DNA of 64,000 nt, from positions 1 to 64,000 of IMG/VR virus record IMGVR_UViG_2795386114_000001. One strand, 5' to 3'. Positions within the stretch are counted from its first letter, which is position 1. Each line of letters begins with the position of its first letter. The notes below the pieces were generated by a model, which saw nothing but the letters and a program-made list of their open reading frames with translations, was not told the DNA's origin and searched no databases. Both the position numbers and the translations under genes were made by a program. Positions 1 through 9,396 of the stretch are shown here, piece after piece. Source of the stretch: a virus. Lineage: Duplodnaviria; Caudoviricetes.

Positions 1-157
1 GGTTGTAGGCGTAGCCGGAGCCGAGGACGCAGGCGATGCGCATCGCCGGGTCTGCGTTGGCGCCTGCTGCTCCTGTGGCGGGGAAGTAGTCGCGGCTGGC
101 GTCGAGGAGGCTCTGGCGAAGGTGGTTCCGGTCGTCGTGGTACGGCAGCGGCTTCAT
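1..157 (-). CDS. Hypothetical protein (partial, runs off the left edge)
   Basis: ATG at 157 overlaps the rusA stop (ATGA); reads MKPLPYHDDRNHLRQSLL with GC3-rich codons. Confidence 0.55.
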   Translation of the reverse strand, partial: MKPLPYHDDRNHLRQSLLDASRDYFPATGAAGANADPAMRIACVLGSGYAYN

Positions 158-696
158 GCGAGGGCTCCGGGAAGGGTGTAGAGGCGGATGGTGGCGCCGG
201 GCTCGGGCAGGGCCGCGGGGTGCTCGCCGGGGTAGACCTTGCGGACGGCGAGCTCGATGATTTGCGAGTCGTCCTTGATCACGCCGGATTCGGAGAGGGC
301 GTCGAGGCAGGCGCGGGCGTGGTGGTCGATGTCGGTGGAGAACCTGGTGATGGGCCAGGTGCGGCGGCGCTTCGGGGCGGTCTTGGGCTTGGGGACGGTG
401 ATGGTGATGTCAGCAGCGGTGGGCAGGTTGGCGTACAGGCCGTGCTGGTCCTTCTTGACGCGGCAGGTGAGGCAGATGCCGTTCCAGTCGGTGTAGCTGT
501 GGGCGCCGGTGGCGTTCTGGGCGGCGAGGATGATGGCCTTGCGCCAGGGCTTGAGCCACTTCTCGTTGGTGTGCTTGGAGCCGCGGCCCTTGCCGAGGAA
601 GGTGATCTGTCCTTGGCCGGCGGGGGTTCCGTAGACGTTGAAGGCTTCTACCTGCTGCCAGGTGTCGGTGGTCGGGTCGGGGGCGGTGATGGTCAA
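154..696 (-). CDS. rusA: RusA-family Holliday junction resolvase
   Basis: VYGTPAGQG...KPWRKAI...TDIDHHARACLDALSESGVIKDDSQIIEL matches the RusA catalytic Asp pattern; TTG start coupled to the upstream stop. The ORF-track N-terminal extension is spurious. Confidence 0.85.
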   Translation of the reverse strand: MTITAPDPTTDTWQQVEAFNVYGTPAGQGQITFLGKGRGSKHTNEKWLKPWRKAIILAAQNATGAHSYTDWNGICLTCRVKKDQHGLYANLPTAADITITVPKPKTAPKRRRTWPITRFSTDIDHHARACLDALSESGVIKDDSQIIELAVRKVYPGEHPAALPEPGATIRLYTLPGALA

Positions 697-914
697 CGTG
701 GGTACTCCGTGACGGGTATGGGGCCGTGGGGGCCTTGGCGGAGGTGAGTGGCGTTGCCGGGTAGGTGGCCCAGATGGACCAGGCCGCAGAACCAGCAGGT
801 GTAGGGCCTGAGTCGGGGGCCGCCTTCGCGTCGTATCTGGCGGGCGCGGCGTCTGGCGGTAGCCCTGTCGTAGAAGCGGCTCTTGCCGAGGCAGGCGACT
901 TCGTATTCGGTCAC
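693..914 (-). CDS. Small Zn-finger-like phage protein
   Basis: C..K.RF...YTCWFCGLVHLGH; GTGA-coupled to DUF5131 gene. Confidence 0.6.
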   Translation of the reverse strand: MTEYEVACLGKSRFYDRATARRRARQIRREGGPRLRPYTCWFCGLVHLGHLPGNATHLRQGPHGPIPVTEYPR

Positions 915-1915
915 CGCGGCTCGGGGAACTGGTCCCAGGTCCGCCCGTCGAGCTCGCGTCCGGCCTTCTTCTTGCCGACGCGGGCGAGTTCCACTCGGTG
1001 GCCGAGGTCGTCGACGGGATCGCCAGCGAGAAGCGTGCCCTTGCTGGTGCCGCCGATGACGAGGTACCCGGTGGGGGCGTACTCGCCCCACTGCTTGAAG
1101 AAGAACGGCACGTCGGCTGCGGCGCACTGGTCGCGGAGGGCTGTTGCCCACTGGGGCGCCAGGGGGCGGGCCTTACGGCCGGACTCACCACCGACGATGA
1201 CCCAGTCGATCCCGAGGGCGGATCGATCGATGACGCGCCACGGTACATGCCGGTCGTCGGTGGAGCAGTCGAGGCAGACGTAGTCGTCAGTGCCATCAAA
1301 GTCCCGCTCGTGGGTCGAGTGGTCTCCGGCAAAGAGGTCGACGGGACCGAGGAGCGGCTCACAGGAGAGGAACCGGACGGCGGCGGGGGTGTCGACGAGA
1401 GCGGGGATGCGGAGGTCGGCGCGCTTCTGATCTTCAACGGACACGCCGAGCCACACGTTCGGCAGCGGCCAGGTGGGCAGGCCGCCGCGTGCCAGGGTTG
1501 CGTAGGCGTCGTCCTCGTACATCTGCTTCCGGACCGCGTCGACGAAGGCCGAGTCGTTCAGCAGGGACCGCATCCGCCCGTGCCGCTTGGTGAGGACCTG
1601 GTAGGTGTGCTGCGGGGTGAGCGCCATGACGGCGAAGACGCGGGCGATGTACTCGTCGGGGATGTCCTTGTGGAACAGGTCGGACATGCTGTTGACGAAG
1701 ACACGCTTCGGCTTCCGCCAGCGGAACGGAAGATCCAGCCGCTCCGGCCGCAGGGTGACATCGAACCCGGGCTCGAAGTGGTGGCCGGGGATGCCGCGCC
1801 ACCGCTCGGCGAACGTCTCGGCATAGCAGTTGTCGCAGCCGGGCGAGACCTTCTCGCAGCCGGTTACGACGTTCCAAGTCGCGTCCGTCCATTCGATCTT
1901 GCTGGTGTCAGCCAT
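911..1915 (-). CDS. Phage Gp37/Gp68 (DUF5131) family radical-SAM-like protein
   Basis: SKIEWTDATWNVVTGCEKVSPGCDNCYA, VFVNSMSDLFH, RFLSCEPLLG, DWVIVGGESG, PFFFKQWG. Confidence 0.92.
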   Translation of the reverse strand: MADTSKIEWTDATWNVVTGCEKVSPGCDNCYAETFAERWRGIPGHHFEPGFDVTLRPERLDLPFRWRKPKRVFVNSMSDLFHKDIPDEYIARVFAVMALTPQHTYQVLTKRHGRMRSLLNDSAFVDAVRKQMYEDDAYATLARGGLPTWPLPNVWLGVSVEDQKRADLRIPALVDTPAAVRFLSCEPLLGPVDLFAGDHSTHERDFDGTDDYVCLDCSTDDRHVPWRVIDRSALGIDWVIVGGESGRKARPLAPQWATALRDQCAAADVPFFFKQWGEYAPTGYLVIGGTSKGTLLAGDPVDDLGHRVELARVGKKKAGRELDGRTWDQFPEPR

Positions 1916-2060
1916 GGTCTGCGGATTCCTCGGCGTCGGTGGTCTGCGGGTGGGTGAGGATCTCGGTGAGCTCGGTGGCGAGCTGGTGGACGTAGGCAGT
2001 TGCGGCTTCCATCTGGGCTGCGGCGAGGGCGGCGACATAGCCGGGCGTGTGCTCAGGCAT
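1908..2060 (-). CDS. Hypothetical protein (50 aa)
   Basis: MPEHTPGYVAALAAAQMEAA...; fills the gap with overlaps at both ends. Confidence 0.45.
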   Translation of the reverse strand: MPEHTPGYVAALAAAQMEAATAYVHQLATELTEILTHPQTTDAEESADHG

Positions 2061-2301
2061 CGGCCCCTGCCTGTTCCTCGGTCAGCGGCCCGAACTGGTC
2101 GACGACCGTGTTGATGACCCACGCGGTCTTCTCGTTCTCTCGCCGCCACATCGGGTCTCCATCGAGGATTCCGACGTAGATCCATCGGTCACCGGAGGCG
2201 TCGATGTAGTTGCGGTCGCTGCGGTAGGTCCCGTTGCGGTAGAGCGTCGTGGACGGGGCCTGGCGGATGGTGAAGGGCTGGAAGGCTTCGACCTCAGTCA
2301 T
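2053..2301 (-). CDS. Small phage protein (phiSA1p31-like pattern)
   Basis: YIDASGDRW...VVDQFGPL; AAGGAG RBS. Confidence 0.55.
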   Translation of the reverse strand: MTEVEAFQPFTIRQAPSTTLYRNGTYRSDRNYIDASGDRWIYVGILDGDPMWRRENEKTAWVINTVVDQFGPLTEEQAGADA

Positions 2302-2923
2302 GGTCGGGGTGCTCCTTCGGCGTCTCGGTGTCGATGGTGGGGATGGGCTGGGTGTCGGCGGCCGCGGCGTGGGCGCGGGTGAGGCCGTCTCCGAGCCGGC
2401 GTACGGCCGGGTTCGGGGCCGGGGTGTCGGGGGCGGTGTCGGTGCGCTGGTCGCACTGGGCGGTGAGGAGCCGGGCCCGGTGGAGTTCGAGGGCGGTGTG
2501 GATGGTGAACGGGTGGATGGCGCCGTGGGGGCAGCGGATCGCGGCGGTGAAGGTGGGGGTGTGGTCGGTTGCGGTGTGGGCGGGGGTGTGGGTGAGGACG
2601 GTGCCGTCATCGAGGTGGGCGGTGGGCCCGTTCCAGGCGCGGACGGGGACGGGTAGGGCGGCTCGGGCGGAGGCGAGGGCGGCGCGTATGGCGGCTTGTT
2701 CGGTGACTCCCATGGGGCCGACGAAGACGCGGCGGCGGACGGGCAGTGGGGGCCGGATGTCGGTGACGGTGGCCTTGTTGACCGGACGGGTGTTGGGGAG
2801 TGCCTTCTTAGCGGCGGCCTTTCGGTCCGGGGCGGTCTTGGCGGGCGCCCTCTTGGAGGTGGCCTTCTTCGCTGCGTCGCGTTGGGCGGGGGTGGTTTTC
2901 CGGGTGCCGGTCTTGGGGGCCAT
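2294..2923 (-). CDS. Hypothetical protein with Lys/Ala-rich basic N-terminus
   Basis: MAPKTGTRKTTPAQRDAAKKATSKRAPAK; C-x-H and C motifs in the C-terminal half. Confidence 0.6.
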   Translation of the reverse strand: MAPKTGTRKTTPAQRDAAKKATSKRAPAKTAPDRKAAAKKALPNTRPVNKATVTDIRPPLPVRRRVFVGPMGVTEQAAIRAALASARAALPVPVRAWNGPTAHLDDGTVLTHTPAHTATDHTPTFTAAIRCPHGAIHPFTIHTALELHRARLLTAQCDQRTDTAPDTPAPNPAVRRLGDGLTRAHAAAADTQPIPTIDTETPKEHPDHD

Positions 2924-3037
2924 GGCGGTGCTCCGTCCTGCGGGTGTGCTTGGTCGGGGTGGTGCTCCGGTGCTGGTGGTGGGTAAGGAGTGCGAGGGTG
3001 GTGAGTCCGACGGCGAGTGCGATGCCGTCGGGCCAGG

Positions 3038-3523
3038 TCACCGCTCCCTCACCGCCTCGGTGATGTCGGCCCAGATGCCTTCGGCCCACTCGGCTTCGCC
3101 GCACGACAGGGGGCGCCAGGTGTCGTTCCGGAATCGGAACCAGCCGAGGACAGTGCGCTCGCCGGTGTCGGGGTGTGCGGTGACGGTGTCGCAGCGGAAC
3201 GTCCAGGCCTCGTGCTTGTAGGTGTGGCCAGGCTGGAAGAAGTCTGTGTCGGTGGGTTCGGTGCCCTCCGTGACTCCGTAGGGCGCTTGCGGTCCCAGCT
3301 CGGCGAGGCGGACGTCGATGGCTCGGACCGTCTTGGCGACGAGCACAGGGTTCTCGGTGGCGGCGAAGGTGGGCAGTTCGGCGCGGTGGACGTCTTCAGC
3401 CGCTTCGTTCCGAACCTGGGCGCGGTAGGCGTCCAGCGCTTCCTGGACTTCCGCGGGAGACCAGACGGTCATGCTGCCTCGGTCGGTGCGGATCATGATT
3501 TGCAGTCGCTGGCGGGCGTTCAT
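3038..3523 (-). CDS. Hypothetical phage protein
   Basis: MNARQRLQIM...FFQPGHTY...; coupled to neighbours. Confidence 0.6.
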   Translation of the reverse strand: MNARQRLQIMIRTDRGSMTVWSPAEVQEALDAYRAQVRNEAAEDVHRAELPTFAATENPVLVAKTVRAIDVRLAELGPQAPYGVTEGTEPTDTDFFQPGHTYKHEAWTFRCDTVTAHPDTGERTVLGWFRFRNDTWRPLSCGEAEWAEGIWADITEAVRER

Positions 3524-3813
3524 GCGGCACGCCCCTGGCGGCGGTGGGCGGTGTGGAGGGTGGAGGTGTCGCGGCCCTGCTTGCGGGCCAGCCACGTCTG
3601 CGCTTCCTCGTAGGTGACCTGGATCTGGTGGAGGTAGCCGTCGCTGTAGCCCTGCGCCCACAGCGGGTCGTACTGGTCGGCCATGGCGGCGCGGTCGGTG
3701 GCGGCTGCGGCGGACAGCTTGCTGATGGCGTCGAGTTCGCCGTCGAAGTAGCCGGCGTCGTAGCTGTTGTTGGCGAACGCGCCGTCGGCAGGGGCGATGG
3801 TCATGGTGGTCAT
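3520..3813 (-). CDS. Hypothetical protein
   Basis: MTTMTIAPADG...YDAGYFDGELDA...GYSDGY; AGGAG RBS. Confidence 0.6.
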   Translation of the reverse strand: MTTMTIAPADGAFANNSYDAGYFDGELDAISKLSAAAATDRAAMADQYDPLWAQGYSDGYLHQIQVTYEEAQTWLARKQGRDTSTLHTAHRRQGRAA

Positions 3814-3833
3814 CGGAAGGCTCCTGGGGTGGG

Positions 3834-4142
3834 TTAGGCGACGGCGTCGGTGATGTCGGCGTCGAGCTGGTCGGTGTCCAGGGCGAGGGCGTGGACGTGG
3901 ACCGGGGTGCCGTTGCCGTGGTCGGTGTCGGTGTGGAGGGTCCAGAGGCAGACGCCGGGGCCTGCGTCCTGGCAGGTGATGCGCCCGTTGAGGGCGAGCC
4001 ACCAGGCGGTGAGGTCGTCGAGGCCGGCGGTGAAGACGTGGGCTTCGGTGCCTTGGCTGGTGATGCGGCCTCGGGGGAGTCCGTTGAGGTCGGCGGTGAC
4101 TTCGGCCTGGATGGCGGGGCTGATGCGGCGGGTGCTCGGCAT
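3834..4142 (-). CDS. Hypothetical protein
   Basis: MPSTRRISPAIQ...; GGAG RBS, GC3-rich. Confidence 0.6.
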   Translation of the reverse strand: MPSTRRISPAIQAEVTADLNGLPRGRITSQGTEAHVFTAGLDDLTAWWLALNGRITCQDAGPGVCLWTLHTDTDHGNGTPVHVHALALDTDQLDADITDAVA

Positions 4143-4217
4143 GCGGTTCTCCGGTGCTGGTGTCACCCGGCCGCGCAGACCATGGGTCGAGCGCGGCCGG
4201 GGAGCCGGTGGGTGGGG

Positions 4218-4574
4218 TTAGTCGGCGATGGGCCGGGGGTGGTCGTGGCCGCAGGTCGGGCACTGAAGCTGGGAGAGGTTGCAGTTGGGTCCGTTGGTGG
4301 CGGTGACGACGGCGCCAGGGGCGTGGGCGTCGAAGATGGCGCCGCAGCCGCAGCCGTCCGCGTCGTAGAGGCAGGAGCAGCGGGCCAGGTCGCGGGAGGC
4401 GGGGACCGGTATGCCGACGGTGAGGGCTGCTTCGGTCATGGCCTCGCGGTAGGAGTCGTGGGTGCCTGCGGTGTCGGCCTGTCGCATCCAGTGGTCGAAG
4501 GCGTCCTGGAGGGCCGTGGGGAGGGTGTTGTAGTCGGTGTTGAGGCGTGCGGGGGCATGCGTCATGAGGGCCAC
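4218..4574 (-). CDS. Hypothetical Cys-rich protein
   Basis: CSC...CGCGAIFD...CPTCGH; GGAG RBS; first gene after the operator-promoter at 4645-4676. Confidence 0.6.
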   Translation of the reverse strand: MALMTHAPARLNTDYNTLPTALQDAFDHWMRQADTAGTHDSYREAMTEAALTVGIPVPASRDLARCSCLYDADGCGCGAIFDAHAPGAVVTATNGPNCNLSQLQCPTCGHDHPRPIAD

Positions 4575-4644
4575 GGGGTGCTCCGGGAGGTCAGAAACGT
4601 GTCGTCAGGCCCGTGTTGGGGGTCCTGTCGTTGTCTGCCTAACC

Positions 4645-4676
4645 ACAGTAACCCTATGAGCATTGCATGGCAATGC
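4645..4676 (-). promoter_or_regulatory. Promoter (-35 TTGCCA, 17 nt, -10 TACTGT) overlapped by palindromic operator GCATTGC-N3-GCAATGC
   Basis: Palindrome at 4660-4676; same architecture recurs at 21576-21606 and 21503-21517. Confidence 0.7.
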
Positions 4677-4695
4677 CTAGAACGGTGCAGGCATG

Positions 4696-4732
4696 AAGAA
4701 ACCCCGACCCGCGCGATGCGGGCCGGGGCCTC
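4696..4732 (-). terminator. Intrinsic terminator
   Basis: Minus strand GGCCCCGGCCCGC..GCGGGTCGGGGTTTCTTC just after the 4748-4987 stop. Confidence 0.65.
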
Positions 4733-4747
4733 TGTGGGGGGTGGGTC

Positions 4748-4987
4748 CTACTGGCCGGCCTGGCGCCGGTCGATCTCTCTCCTATGCACCTCGAGCAGAT
4801 CAGTCCACGAGGCGAGGACGTCGCGCCCGCACTTCTCGACCTGCACGTTGTGCTTGACCGCCCACCGCTTCAACGTGCGGGCATCCACCTCGTACTCGCG
4901 GCCGCACTCCGCGAACAGGGCGGACGCTTCCTTCATGGTGACGAGGTCGGAGGTGAAAGCGTAGGGGCTGTGAACGGTGATGGCCAT
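4748..4987 (-). CDS. Small HTH (excisionase/MerR-like) DNA-binding protein
   Basis: LVTMKEASALF...VDARTLKRWAVKH; GGGAGG RBS. Confidence 0.6.
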   Translation of the reverse strand: MAITVHSPYAFTSDLVTMKEASALFAECGREYEVDARTLKRWAVKHNVQVEKCGRDVLASWTDLLEVHRREIDRRQAGQ

Positions 4988-5113
4988 GGGCGGCCTCCCA
5001 TGTTCGGCGGCCACAGTTCGCAGCTCCGGCGGCCGACATCGGGTGAACTCTGAAAGTCTAGATTGTGGTGATGGTGTGTAGGTAGGTGCTGTGTATGACT
5101 CGTGTTCCCCGGG

Positions 5114-5683
5114 TCAGGTTGCACATTCTCGAACGGTTTTTTCGGACGTGCGGGCGATGTGGTCGTACGCCAGCTGTTCGAGGGTCCAGCGGTTGGACAA
5201 ACCTTCCTGCGTGAGGCAGTTGCCGTTCGTGCACACGGCCGTCTCGAGCTCACGGCGCCACATGACACCCAGGGTGCGGCAGGCGGGGCAGCGGATGGGG
5301 CGCACCACCTTGTAGCGGCCCATGGCGATGGCGTGCTCGAGGCTTTGCCGGAAGACGAGGGTGTCGCGGCGCTGCTGCACGGCCTGCGGGGTGTTCTGCG
5401 TGTTCTCGACGCACCAGCTGTAGATGTCCGTGATGTGCTCGGGCAACGGGCTCGCGTCGGGGTTCGCTTCGCGAGTGTAGTCGGCGAGTTCACGGACCGT
5501 TGAGTCGAGGTGGTCGACGACGTCGAGGTTCACCGGGGCGCCGGGCGGTCCTGCGGTGGGGCGGGGTGCGGAGGAGATGTAGGAGTGGCCGGCGGGGCCG
5601 GTGACGGGATGCTGCCGGAACACGTGGTGGAGTTCGGCGAGGCGCTGTGCGGCGCTGTCATCGTCTGCTGCTGTGCTGCGCAA
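5114..5683 (-). CDS. Hypothetical protein with C-terminal Zn ribbon (possible late regulator)
   Basis: RCPACRTLGV...VCTNGNC; lies directly upstream of a small HTH gene. Confidence 0.6.
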   Translation of the reverse strand: MRSTAADDDSAAQRLAELHHVFRQHPVTGPAGHSYISSAPRPTAGPPGAPVNLDVVDHLDSTVRELADYTREANPDASPLPEHITDIYSWCVENTQNTPQAVQQRRDTLVFRQSLEHAIAMGRYKVVRPIRCPACRTLGVMWRRELETAVCTNGNCLTQEGLSNRWTLEQLAYDHIARTSEKTVRECAT

Positions 5684-5912
5684 GGCGTCCCCGTCCCTTG
5701 GGCGGGCCTCCGGGGGCGCGGAGCGTGCAGTGGTGTGCAGGGGCGCGCGCCGGAGGCCGGAGTTGTCTCTTCCGGGTGGATTCCGGACGCCTCATAGTGG
5801 CACGCGCGGGGCCTGTGGTGAACACGCTGTGGCAAACGATCAACATTTAGTTGCAGGTGGGGGCGGGACACGCCGATCTCAAGGCGCATGATTCCCCGGC
5901 ATATTCGGGCAA

Positions 5913-6305
5913 TCACACTAGTCGTGGGACGTGCCGCATCGCCTCGTACAACTCCGTGAGCTTCGTCCGCTGCTCGTCGTCGATGATGCCGCGGGCGTGC
6001 GCCCCGTTCAGGGTGTGCACCACCACGTCCAGCGTTCGTAGGTACACGACTTGGGTGTCAGAGTCGGTGAGGGTGCGGTCGACGCTGTTGAAGGCCGCTT
6101 CGACGTCGTCGGCGAACGCCTCGGCCGGGGTCCGCTCGGACCGCTGGTTGTCTGCGGGACGGTCGGTGCGGTTGTTCATGGCCTGCCACCGCCCCCTCGC
6201 CGCCGCGGACAGCCTCTTGGTGCGCTTGGTGATATCGATTACGGCCGCGCGTCCCGGCGTGTTCATCACGGGCGGGACGGAGTCGGCCGGCTCTGCTGCG
6301 GACAT
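5913..6305 (-). CDS. Hypothetical protein
   Basis: MSAAEPADSVPP...; GGAG RBS. Confidence 0.6.
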   Translation of the reverse strand: MSAAEPADSVPPVMNTPGRAAVIDITKRTKRLSAAARGRWQAMNNRTDRPADNQRSERTPAEAFADDVEAAFNSVDRTLTDSDTQVVYLRTLDVVVHTLNGAHARGIIDDEQRTKLTELYEAMRHVPRLV

Positions 6306-6993
6306 GGGGCGGTCTCCGCTCCTCCGGCAGATCGGGAAGGTTCTCGCATGCGGGCACGGCTGGTCATGTCCGTGCCCCAAGGCCCCGCGTCACGGCTGCC
6401 AGTCCACTCCGCGGGTGAGGCAAGAGTGACACCTCTTGCTGTGGATGGGATAGGACGCGTGCAGTTTTCACGCATCCGTAACCCGCCATGGTGTACGGAT
6501 TTGGCCTGCCTAGTTACCGGGAGCAACCCGACAGCGGTTTCTGTCGTCCGCGCCGCCCGGGAGGGGGTGCGGGAAAGCCCCCGCACGGTGGAGGGGGGCG
6601 TGTTTTGCCGACAACGACCCACTGCCCTGCGGGGGCTTCGAGGACCTCACGGGCATGCCCGTCAGATAGACGGGATTGTAGCCGCGGACGTTGCCATTGG
6701 TGCAGGGCTTGGAGGGTTTCGCTTTGCGTGTGGGGGGTGTGGTGGTTGTGTGTGGGGTGCGGGATGGCGGCCGCCATGGTCCGGGCGTGGGCGCCGTGGG
6801 CTGCGAACCAGCAGCACCCTGGGCCCGGCCTGGCGGCCGGCCGCCCACCGTGGGGGGTCGACCCGTTCACCCAACCGAGGTAGATGCCGGATGGAAAGCA
6901 TCGTGCCGGATGATCACACGAATGGTGGACGAAAAACCCCGACACACGCACCCATATTCGACACGCCGTCAACAGGATCTGACTGAATATCAG

Positions 6994-7034
6994 CGGCCCC
7001 GCACGCTCCTGAACCGGAAGGTGTGCGGGGCCGT
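6994..7034. terminator. Stem-loop terminator downstream of parB
   Basis: CGGCCCCGCAC ... GTGCGGGGCCG inverted repeat. Confidence 0.6.
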
Positions 7035-7053
7035 CTTGTGTGCGGCCGATCAG

Positions 7054-8151
7054 CTACTGCTGCATGAACCCGATGAGCATCTCCTGGAAGGCGGCGCGGT
7101 CGCGTTCACAGACCCGCACGTTCAGCAGCCGGGCCAGCTCCAGGAGGTCGCCCGCGGTCATCTTCCGGTCCAGGTGCAGGGCGATGTACTGCGGGTTGTC
7201 ATACGGCAACGCCCTCGCCTGCTTACCCTGCTCGGTCGGCAGCTCAGCGTTGGCTGACCCTGCTGCGGGCTTCGCCCTCGGCTCTGGAATGGCTTCGCCC
7301 GCAGGCGCCGGTTCGGGGACCGTGTGGGGCGGCTGAGGCGCTGGAACTGATGGGGGCGGGCTGGCGGCCTCCTCCGGAATTATCACGCCGTGATAATCCG
7401 CCGGGCCGGACTGCCGCTCGACGACCTCCCTTGGGGCCTGGGCCCTGCGCTGTGCCGCCTCGGCGCGCTCGTCAGCTTTCGCCTTCTGCTCCGCGGGGGA
7501 CAGCTTCCCGAGGTTGCGAACGTGCTCCACTGTTCGCGCGCCCGTCATCAGATCCTTCTGAAGCTCTGGGGTCAGCTTCAGCAGGGATAGCTTGCTGGAG
7601 ATGGTGCCCTGCGGGATGCCGAGCCGCTTGGCGGCCTTGGTCTGCGACCCGTAGTACTCCACGAGCTGCTTGAGGGCATGGGCTTCCTCGAGGTCGGTCA
7701 TGTCGTCGCGGTGGTAGTTCGCGACGAACGCGGCCTCAAGGAGGGCCTCGTCGGTGGCGACGCGGGCGTTGTCGACCCGGACGGGGATTGTGGCCAGGCC
7801 GATGCGGCGGGCTGCCTCAAGGCGGCGGTGTCCGTCGACGACGACGTACTGGGCGCCGTCGTCGAGGTCGTCGGCGCGGTCGGGCCGGTCGCGGAGGTAG
7901 GCGTCGACGGTGGCGACGACGATGGGCAGGATGATGCCGACCTCGCGGACGGACTCGGTGGTCTCGTCGAGGTTGCGGAGGTGGTTGCGCGGGTTGTCGG
8001 GGTTCTCGCTGATCAGTGTGACGGCAAGGTCGTTGATGTTTTCGGAGGCGTCCTCACCTCCTATCTTGCGGATGAGATCACGGCGTGAGGGGCGGGCCTG
8101 CCGGGCCGCTCCGAAGGCGGCGGATGCGCCCAGGGTGTCGGCTTTGCTCAT
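7054..8151 (-). CDS. parB: ParB/RepB/Spo0J partition protein
   Basis: NPDNPR, YVVVDGHRRLEAAR (CTP-binding GxxRxxA motif), ANYHRDDMT, HTH GSQTKAAKRLGIPQGTISSKL; coupled to parA. Confidence 0.95.
   Translation of the reverse strand: MSKADTLGASAAFGAARQARPSRRDLIRKIGGEDASENINDLAVTLISENPDNPRNHLRNLDETTESVREVGIILPIVVATVDAYLRDRPDRADDLDDGAQYVVVDGHRRLEAARRIGLATIPVRVDNARVATDEALLEAAFVANYHRDDMTDLEEAHALKQLVEYYGSQTKAAKRLGIPQGTISSKLSLLKLTPELQKDLMTGARTVEHVRNLGKLSPAEQKAKADERAEAAQRRAQAPREVVERQSGPADYHGVIIPEEAASPPPSVPAPQPPHTVPEPAPAGEAIPEPRAKPAAGSANAELPTEQGKQARALPYDNPQYIALHLDRKMTAGDLLELARLLNVRVCERDRAAFQEMLIGFMQQ
7379..7397. promoter_or_regulatory. Putative parS palindrome ATTATCACG-C-CGTGATAAT (copy 1, inside parB)
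   Basis: Perfect AT-rich palindrome, identical copy at 9398-9416. Confidence 0.7.
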
Positions 8152-9311
8152 CGGGTTGCTCCCCTGGCGATTTGCCGCATGGCCTCTGCCTGGTCACTGT
8201 TTGGGGCGTACACGAGCAGGGGCTGACGGACACGTACGGCTTCTCTCTGTTCTTTCAGGTCGCCGATGACGGCGAGGACCTTGGGGTCGCCGATGCTCTT
8301 CCAGTTGTCGAGTGAGGAAGTGGCGACGTAGCCGCGGCGGGAGTCGTACTGGTTCACGATCAGGCCGAGGTAGTCGACGGTGAGAGACAAGTCGTCGCAC
8401 AGGCTGCTGATCTGGTCGGCAAGCATGTCGTAGGCGGTGGCGGAGGAGTCTTCGGCAAGTACGGGGATGAGCGTGCCGGAGACGCCTGCGGGCTCCGCGC
8501 GCCGGCGGCGTCCGTAGTAGAGGGCGGCGTCCATGGCGATGCCCAGGCTCGGCGGGCAGTCGATGACGATGACGTCGTACTCGGACTCGAGAGGGCGGAG
8601 CGCCAACTCGAGGGAGGCTTCCTTCTGGAAGCCGCGCTTCTGCGTGCCGACGACGGCGATGCTGGCGTCGAGGAGGAACGCGTCGTAGCAGGCGGGTAGT
8701 AGGTGCAGGCGCTTATCGAAGCGCTCACCCTCTATGGTCACGACCAGGTCGGCAAGGTTGCCTTGGCCGTCTCCGCACATGTGGGAGACGAGACTGTCGG
8801 CGCCTGGTGGGATCTGCGGGATGCCGAGCTGCTGGCTGAGGTGTCCTTGCGGGTCGTAGTCAACTAGGAGAACTCGCCTGCCTGCTTCTGCGTACGCCTG
8901 GGCGATGCCAGCGGACACGGAGGTCTTGCCGACGCCGCCTTTCTGGTTGCAGACGATTTTGCGTTCTGGCTCGGTGCCGCGGTCCCCGTGTCGGGGGGAG
9001 GGGTTGGCGTCGAGCCAGTCGCGGATGGACTGGGCAAGTCCCTGGGTGTAGGAGACGCCGCGCGCTGTGCAGGTGTTCTTGAAGTCCTCGTACAGGCCGG
9101 GCGGGAGCCAGGTGGAGAACGACTTGGCGCCGGCGGTGTCGACTTCGGAGCCGGGGCGTTCGTTGGTGCGCCAGTCGGTGATGGCCGCTTCGACGGCGTC
9201 CTGGATGTCCAGGCTGAGTTCGGCGGCGCGGACCTTGAGTGCTTGCTGGAGCGCCGAGGGCAGCTTGGACGCCACCTTTTCCCGGTCTCCGTCGGGGTAT
9301 GGAGAGGCCAT
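8148..9311 (-). CDS. parA: ParA partition ATPase with N-terminal tandem RHH-like domains
   Basis: NQKGGVGKTS deviant Walker A, LVDYDPQG, IVIDCPPSLG; -10 TAAGGT 6 nt before the ATG (leaderless). Confidence 0.95.
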   Translation of the reverse strand: MASPYPDGDREKVASKLPSALQQALKVRAAELSLDIQDAVEAAITDWRTNERPGSEVDTAGAKSFSTWLPPGLYEDFKNTCTARGVSYTQGLAQSIRDWLDANPSPRHGDRGTEPERKIVCNQKGGVGKTSVSAGIAQAYAEAGRRVLLVDYDPQGHLSQQLGIPQIPPGADSLVSHMCGDGQGNLADLVVTIEGERFDKRLHLLPACYDAFLLDASIAVVGTQKRGFQKEASLELALRPLESEYDVIVIDCPPSLGIAMDAALYYGRRRRAEPAGVSGTLIPVLAEDSSATAYDMLADQISSLCDDLSLTVDYLGLIVNQYDSRRGYVATSSLDNWKSIGDPKVLAVIGDLKEQREAVRVRQPLLVYAPNSDQAEAMRQIARGATR

Positions 9312-9396
9312 GGCGTCACCTTACTGACCTCTTGGGGCAGGGTGGCACCCGGTTCACGCGTTCTGATGGGGTTTCACCCTGCCGGGTGCCCGACGG

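Noticed and set aside
697-1437. N-terminal extension of the 427-aa ORF containing RusA
   Set aside because: Ser/Pro-rich off-frame read-through of two real upstream genes; real start is the TTG at 696.
5802-5815. Plus-strand ACGCGCGGGGCCTG resembling the late leader motif
   Set aside because: Opposite orientation to neighbouring genes, and a GC-only core is plausible by chance.
6514-6972. Minus-strand ORFs in the parB-downstream gap
   Set aside because: Low-complexity His/Pro/Thr translations without RBS or codon bias; treated as non-coding.
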